DNA of 32,000 nucleotides from Paenibacillus silvae (lineage in GTDB: Bacteria > Bacillota > Bacilli > Paenibacillales > Paenibacillaceae): assembly GCF_014639235.1 (NCBI RefSeq), contig NZ_BMFU01000016.1, positions 1 to 32,000 of the forward strand, given 5' to 3'. The position numbers were made by a program, and so were the translations under genes. Shown one piece after another: positions 8,166 through 12,770 of the stretch. The notes under the pieces are model-generated. The model was not told the DNA's origin, made no database searches, and worked only from the letters and a program-made list of their open reading frames with translations. The first letter of the stretch is position 1. Every line of letters begins with the position of its first letter.

Positions 8166-8717
8166 ATGCAAAGACTAAGTGTTAACGAAAGGTCAAACCA
8201 TCTGTTCAATTTACTGAGCTTTGCCGTGAGTGAACATGATATTGCCCGAATCCTTCGCGCCAACGTATCCCTCATTTTCAAAGAAGTGGTCAACCAGACG
8301 AACGAGATTGCCATCCCCTATGTCGGCAAGTTTACCTTTAAGGAGTTTACGGGAAGGAAAATTAATGCGGTACACGGCGAAACGGTGAAGCAGCGGGATT
8401 TTGTGAAGACAAAATTCGAGCTTGGTAAATATATCAAACGACTGAATGTGAATCGGGATTTTTTTAACCGCATTGAAATTGATGCTGATTCTTTGAAACC
8501 CTGCATCGTGTTCAATACCAAAGCAGTCGCAATTCGTTCCGGCCAAGAGGACTTGATCGGCTGTATAGCACCGTCTACCAGAGTCGAGTTGTTCAATGAG
8601 GAGCAACTGTCAACCTTCACTACCGATATGCAACAGCTCTCTTCATCGAATCCTAAAACCTATGACGACATTAAGCCATTCATTCAAACCATACTCACTT
8701 TCGAGGAGTGGATTTAA
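8166..8717 (+). CDS. hypothetical protein with an N-terminal HU/IHF-like DNA-binding fold
   Basis: The N-terminal ~90 aa (NHLFNLLSFAVSEHDIARILRANVSLIFKEVVNQTNEIAIPYVGKFTFKEFTGRKINAVHGETVKQRDFVKTKFELGKYIK) follow the HU/IHF pattern: helix-helix, then I-x-G-F-G-x-F...R-x-x-x-N-P-x-T-G-E-like arm, then K-F-x-x-G-K. The C-terminal ~95 aa are unrecognised. The ATG at 8166 has a GGGGTG Shine-Dalgarno 6 nt upstream; the ORF track starts at GTG 8088. Confidence 0.5.
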   Translation: MQRLSVNERSNHLFNLLSFAVSEHDIARILRANVSLIFKEVVNQTNEIAIPYVGKFTFKEFTGRKINAVHGETVKQRDFVKTKFELGKYIKRLNVNRDFFNRIEIDADSLKPCIVFNTKAVAIRSGQEDLIGCIAPSTRVELFNEEQLSTFTTDMQQLSSSNPKTYDDIKPFIQTILTFEEWI

Positions 8718-8720
8718 GCA

Positions 8721-8828
8721 ATGAAAACCAAAAACAAATCCGAACAGCAAATCAAACAGGAGCAAGCGTACCAAGCATTTATGCTGCGAGCAGCCGATTT
8801 ACTGAAGGCATATCATCAGGGAGGATAA
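8721..8828 (+). CDS. possible 35-aa micro-ORF (MKTKNKSEQQIKQEQAYQAFMLRAADLLKAYHQGG)
   Basis: The ATG lies 3 nt after the stop of the HU-like gene. The nearest GGAG is 13 nt upstream, which is a long spacing. No recognisable family. Confidence 0.22.
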   Translation: MKTKNKSEQQIKQEQAYQAFMLRAADLLKAYHQGG

Positions 8829-8834
8829 CCGGAA

Positions 8835-8924
8835 ATGACGAACGAAACAACAGTAAAAATTAAACGCCAACTGCTTACCCTGCATTACAATGTCATGAAT
8901 GCAACGCAAAGTGGGGACATTTGA
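8835..8924 (+). CDS. possible 29-aa micro-ORF (MTNETTVKIKRQLLTLHYNVMNATQSGDI)
   Basis: A GGAGGA Shine-Dalgarno lies 9 nt upstream of the ATG. No recognisable family. Its end coincides with the truncation point of the integrase remnant on the other strand. Confidence 0.3.
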   Translation: MTNETTVKIKRQLLTLHYNVMNATQSGDI

Positions 8925-9662
8925 GCGTCCCTGCGCTCCATAAACTAATGTCGGACAAACGCCCTCTGAACGCTTTGTACAAAGCGACAAGAGAGTTTAG
9001 TGGTATGGGGTTGGCTCGATTGTGTAGTAGACAAGCGGAAAAACAAGATTTTTGCATTAACCTCCCGCGTTTGATCTTCAACCCGTTCAGCGGACTATTT
9101 AGCCGTCCAATATTCAGGATGTCCTCCTGCTCAAGCCCCTTAAATATTTTGAAGTGATCTGTGTATCGAAATGCCCCTCAGGCGACTAGGCTGTAGACAT
9201 CAATTCCATTAACCCCTGTATCGAAGAGCATAATGAGAATCAGCTTGTCCCTGACATTGGAATAAGTCTCTTCTTTCAGGTCATTGATAATCCGCGACAC
9301 TTTTCGTCGTTGAATGTAACAATAACGGTCTTCTCTTCCTTGAGATTCCTAATACGGCGCTTCGGATTACTTTGCTCGTCGATAAATTCTTCGTTAACAA
9401 TGTACTGGAAAAATACCTTCAGGGTCGCAAGGTTGTTATTCAATGTTCGGTTGACTTCACGCCCTAAACGTTGCCGCTCCTGAATATACTTTTTGATGTG
9501 AAGCTGACTTACATCCTCCACTTCTACAATCCCTAATTCTTTCTCCATTAACCTTTCCCAACGTTATAAGCGGAACATCCACAAATCAACATACTTCTTC
9601 ACACGACCCAAAATCTCTTGATTGAGCCTGAAATCCTGAAGCAATTCCTTAATTTTAGTCAT
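8893..9662 (-). pseudogene. int: tyrosine recombinase/integrase, frameshifted and 3'-truncated
   Basis: Minus-strand pieces lie in three frames. They are MTKIKELLQDFRLNQEILGRVKKYVDLWMFRL*; then MEKELGIVEVEDVSQLHIKKYIQERQRLGREVNRTLNNNLATLKVFFQYIVNEEFIDEQSNPKRRIRNLKEEKTVIVTFNDE (SAM-like N-terminal core-binding domain); then SRIINDLKEETYSNVRDKLILIMLFDTG (start of the catalytic domain with the first Arg region); then stops; then ...GTLKCPHFALHS* (H-x-L-R-H-like box). The C-terminal His/Tyr region is absent. Confidence 0.75.
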
Positions 9663-9763
9663 AAAAAATACTCCCTTCTATTTGCTGAACAACGCAGATA
9701 AAAGAGAGTGATTTTTAGCACTCTATAGTTGCACGTCAACTGGAAATCATTATGTAGCTAACA

Positions 9764-9794
9764 CCGAAAATCCTTATGTATCAAGGATTTCCGG
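9764..9794 (-). terminator. hairpin downstream of intact guaA
   Basis: Minus strand: CCGGAAATCCTT-GATACAT-AAGGATTTTCGG, 28 nt after the guaA stop. Only a weak T-tract follows. Confidence 0.4.
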
Positions 9795-9821
9795 CATTTG
9801 GCTACATCATTTCAATCCAAT

Positions 9822-11360
9822 TCACTCCCACTCAATAGTTGCAGGTGGTTTGGAAGTTACGTCATAGACGATACGGTTTACGTTGTCTACTTCGTTAACG
9901 ATCCGTACGGAGATTTTCTCCAGTACATCCCAAGGGATACGTGCCCAGTCGGCCGTCATGCCATCGATGGATGTTACAGCACGAATACCTACTGTGTAGG
10001 AATACGTACGTGCGTCACCCATAACACCAACACTCTTCATGTTAGGCAGGGCTGTAAAGTATTGCCAGATTTCGCGGTCAAGACCGGCTTTGGCAATTTC
10101 TTCACGCAGGATGTAGTCGGAATCACGCACGATTTTCAGCTTCTCTTCCGTTACTTCGCCAAGCACACGGATCGCAAGACCCGGACCAGGGAAAGGCTGA
10201 CGGTGTACAATTTCGTCCGGCAAGCCGCATTCCGTACCTACTTTACGCACTTCGTCCTTGAACAGTGTGTTCAAAGGTTCGATTAGCTTGAAGTTCATGT
10301 CTTCTGGCAGACCGCCCACGTTGTGGTGGGATTTGATCGTCTGTGCTGTAGCTGTACCACTCTCTACGATGTCTGTATACAGCGTACCTTGCGCCAGGAA
10401 TTCAAAATCATCGAACTGCTTGGACTCTTCATCAAATACGTAAATAAACTCGTTACCGATAATTTTACGTTTTTGCTCTGGATCATCCACGCCAGCTAGT
10501 TTGGACATGAAGCGTTCTTTGGCATCGATTTTGACAACCTTCATATCGAATTTGCCAACAAATGTCTCCATAACACTCTCTGCTTCGCCTTTACGCAGCA
10601 GACCATGGTCGATGAACATACATGTCAGCTGATCCCCGATTGCTTTATGCAGCAATGCCGCAACAACGGAGGAATCCACCCCGCCGCTGAGAGCACACAG
10701 CACTTTGCCGTCGCCCACTTTTTCACGAATATCTCTAATCGTATCATCAATGAATGTTTCCATCGTCCAGTTGCCTTCGCAACCGCAGATTTCAAACAGG
10801 AAGTTACGAATCATATCGTTACCGCGAACAGAGTGACGTACTTCCGGGTGGAACTGAACTGCATACAATTTGCGCTCGTCATTGCTCATTGCAGCGATTG
10901 GCGCACTTTCCGTGCCTGCATCCAGTTTGAAGCCCGGAGGCAATGTAACAACGTGGTCACCATGACTCATCCATACGGTATGTTCGCCTTCAATGCCTTT
11001 AGCCAGTACAGCACCTTCAGCAAACGCCAGATCAGCTTTACCATATTCACGCTTCTCGGAGCGCTCTACTTTACCGTCAAGCTGTTGAGCCATCAGCTGC
11101 ATTCCATAACAAATGCCGAAGATTGGCAAGCCCAGGTCATAAACACCCGGATCAACGTGTGGTGCATTTTCAGCATATACGCTGGATGGGCCGCCGGAGA
11201 ATACAATCCCTTTTGGTGCAAGCTCCGCAATTTTCTCCGCTGGTGTGTTATACGGCAAAAGCTCGCTGTATACGCCAAGATCCCGGATTCTTCTGGCGAT
11301 TAACTGGTTGTATTGGCCTCCAAAGTCAAGGACAACCACAATTTCATTCTGCTTATTCAT
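9822..11360 (-). CDS. guaA: GMP synthase (glutamine-hydrolysing)
   Basis: 512 aa. N-terminal class-I glutamine amidotransferase ([33 protein letters not shown] nucleophile Cys), ATP-pyrophosphatase P-loop SGGVDSS, and C-terminal dimerisation domain ending PPATIEWE. Confidence 0.97.
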   Translation of the reverse strand: MNKQNEIVVVLDFGGQYNQLIARRIRDLGVYSELLPYNTPAEKIAELAPKGIVFSGGPSSVYAENAPHVDPGVYDLGLPIFGICYGMQLMAQQLDGKVERSEKREYGKADLAFAEGAVLAKGIEGEHTVWMSHGDHVVTLPPGFKLDAGTESAPIAAMSNDERKLYAVQFHPEVRHSVRGNDMIRNFLFEICGCEGNWTMETFIDDTIRDIREKVGDGKVLCALSGGVDSSVVAALLHKAIGDQLTCMFIDHGLLRKGEAESVMETFVGKFDMKVVKIDAKERFMSKLAGVDDPEQKRKIIGNEFIYVFDEESKQFDDFEFLAQGTLYTDIVESGTATAQTIKSHHNVGGLPEDMNFKLIEPLNTLFKDEVRKVGTECGLPDEIVHRQPFPGPGLAIRVLGEVTEEKLKIVRDSDYILREEIAKAGLDREIWQYFTALPNMKSVGVMGDARTYSYTVGIRAVTSIDGMTADWARIPWDVLEKISVRIVNEVDNVNRIVYDVTSKPPATIEWE

Positions 11361-11389
11361 TACCGTGCCTCCCTCAATTAATGAAACTA

Positions 11390-11419
11390 ATTATACGCAA
11401 CGACAAAACCTACCGTCAA
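11390..11419 (-). promoter_or_regulatory. sigma-A promoter of guaA
   Basis: Minus strand: TTGACG (11419-11414), 18 nt, TATAAT (11395-11390), about 30 nt upstream of the GGAGG Shine-Dalgarno and ATG. Confidence 0.55.
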
Positions 11420-11856
11420 GGAAAGACGAAACTCCATTTTTCGGGCAAGGAACGAGCAGATGTGACATAGGACGACAACCCTTGATAATCCCCGAGCCCC
11501 GTGTATAAGCTGCAAATATGTTCAATGGACTATGCACATTTGCTCCGACTCTCATGTCCTATGATACCCTCTCACTTTGGTCCCTGACTTTCATCTCGAT
11601 CTCGATATCGATATTCCCTTTGCACATCCGTCTCGATATCCATTTTACACATCCGTCCTTGCATCCCTCTTATAATCCGATAAAAGCACCGATCTCATCC
11701 GTTGGATGCGCAAAATCAAAGTGATACGTACCACCTCCAGGGTGGATGTGAAAACAAATCATGCGAAGGACTTTCGCAAAGTAACCAGGCAAGCTGCTTT
11801 TACCTCCAAGGCAGTTGTGCAAATCGCCGCTCACTTCCCTTGTCATGAAGCAACGC

Positions 11857-11936
11857 ATCATGTGCCGGGAGATGCACCAGTTTGACGAACATGCACTGAT
11901 TGCTATCATGTGCGGGAAATGCACCCGTTTGACGAA
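11857..11936. repeat. two direct copies of a ~32-nt unit
   Basis: ATCATGTGCCGGGAGATGCACCAGTTTGACGAA (11857-11889) and ATCATGTGCGGGAAATGCACCCGTTTGACGAA (11905-11936), 48 nt apart, in non-coding DNA. Confidence 0.7.
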
Positions 11937-12060
11937 ATAAACTGAGTGCTTCTTCCCGCAAGCGTTGTAACGAGCTTCAGTTCTAAGCCACATGAAATGG
12001 AGGGATATTCCGTGTTTTACCCCCGCGCTTTACCTCTATACTGCGCTCACGTATAACACG

Positions 12061-12256
12061 CTAACGATCCCAAACAACCTTATTTCTACCTTTTGACGGG
12101 GTTTGAAAATCTAACGAATCGTAGAAACGCTATTGGAACGAAAACTCACCATTTTGGGCTAAAAACACGGCATTTCAAGTAAATAAGGTTTCTGGGAATC
12201 GTTACGTCTGCAGCATGTCCAAAAAGAGTTAAATAGCGTCACTAGGAATCGTTAAC
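12061..12256. repeat. four copies (two forward, two inverted) of a ~25-nt motif, TAACGAWTCC-N-AGAAAC-N-TATT
   Basis: Forward copies: CTAACGATCCCAAACAACCTTATTTCTAC (12061) and CTAACGAATCGTAGAAACGCTATTG (12111). Inverted copies: AGTAAATAAGGTTTCTGGGAATCGTTACG (12179) and TTAAATAGCGTCACTAGGAATCGTTAAC (12229). Copies of like orientation are 50 nt apart. Each forward copy lies 118 nt from the corresponding inverted copy. Confidence 0.7.
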
Positions 12257-12412
12257 CGTAATAAGGCCCAAACTCTTGAACCTTTCCTGCACAAGCTCTA
12301 CCCACTCGTTAAAATTCAACATATGTTCCAACTTTCTGTGCCACCCTCCACCTGCAGGCTGTAAAAGTATGAGGCAGGCCCCTTCTCTTTCAGACATGTT
12401 AGAACGGTGTAG

Positions 12413-12526
<114 letters not shown>

Positions 12527-12667
12527 GCAGCCTGTCTCGGTGAGATGTTGTAAAAGCCGCGGAGGCTGGAGACATTGGAAAGATTCAACTAACAAGCGCA
12601 TTCCTTGTTTGTCGTTGATCGTATTATGGCGGGAGGTTGAGACTATACGGTATTTCATGCTTATATG

Positions 12668-12707
12668 TTGAAAAGGGTCCCGCTCACCCTTTGGGCAAGC
12701 GGGACCC
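12668..12707 (-). terminator. rho-independent terminator of the MoxR-DUF58-transglutaminase operon
   Basis: Minus strand: GGGTCCCGCT-TGCCCAAAGGGTG-AGCGGGACCC (10-bp perfect GC-rich stem) followed by TTTTCAAC, 64 nt after the stop at 12771. Confidence 0.75.
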
Positions 12708-12770
12708 GTTGCTCTGCCAGCGCTGTTTTGCACGCTGGCAACAGGTTATTATGAGACGCTGGCGCAGGGA

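Larger units (their letters stand above)
4962..10011 (-). mobile_element. guaA-3'-end-integrated genomic islet (degenerate integrase plus Thoeris-type defence cargo), bounded by direct guaA-terminus repeats
   Basis: The 190-nt direct repeats diverge almost only at synonymous sites. A tyrosine-integrase remnant lies immediately downstream of the intact guaA. The interior is visibly AT-rich relative to guaA and the genes to its right. The insertion interrupts the guaA-pbuG adjacency known from B. subtilis. Confidence 0.72.

Noticed and set aside
9276-9548. 90-aa ORF as an intact small gene
   Set aside because: It is the SAM-like N-terminal domain of a tyrosine integrase. Its continuation lies in other frames both upstream (9566-9662) and downstream (from ~9300). 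It is called as part of a pseudogene.
9798-11303. Plus-strand ORFs of 162, 61 and 232 aa within guaA
   Set aside because: They are antisense shadows of the strongly supported GMP synthase gene.
11420-11520. Looked for a purine riboswitch or T-box in the guaA leader
   Set aside because: The promoter (11390-11419) leaves only ~30 nt of leader. The sequence further upstream has no UAUAAU...GAUAUGG...CUAC purine-aptamer core. Only the pbuG leader carries the riboswitch.
11518-11993. 68-aa plus-strand and 107-aa minus-strand ORFs in the guaA-upstream spacer
   Set aside because: They have no Shine-Dalgarno and an odd composition (Ser/Ile/His-rich and Cys/His/Met-rich respectively). They overlap reiterated DNA motifs. 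The region is treated as non-coding repeat DNA.
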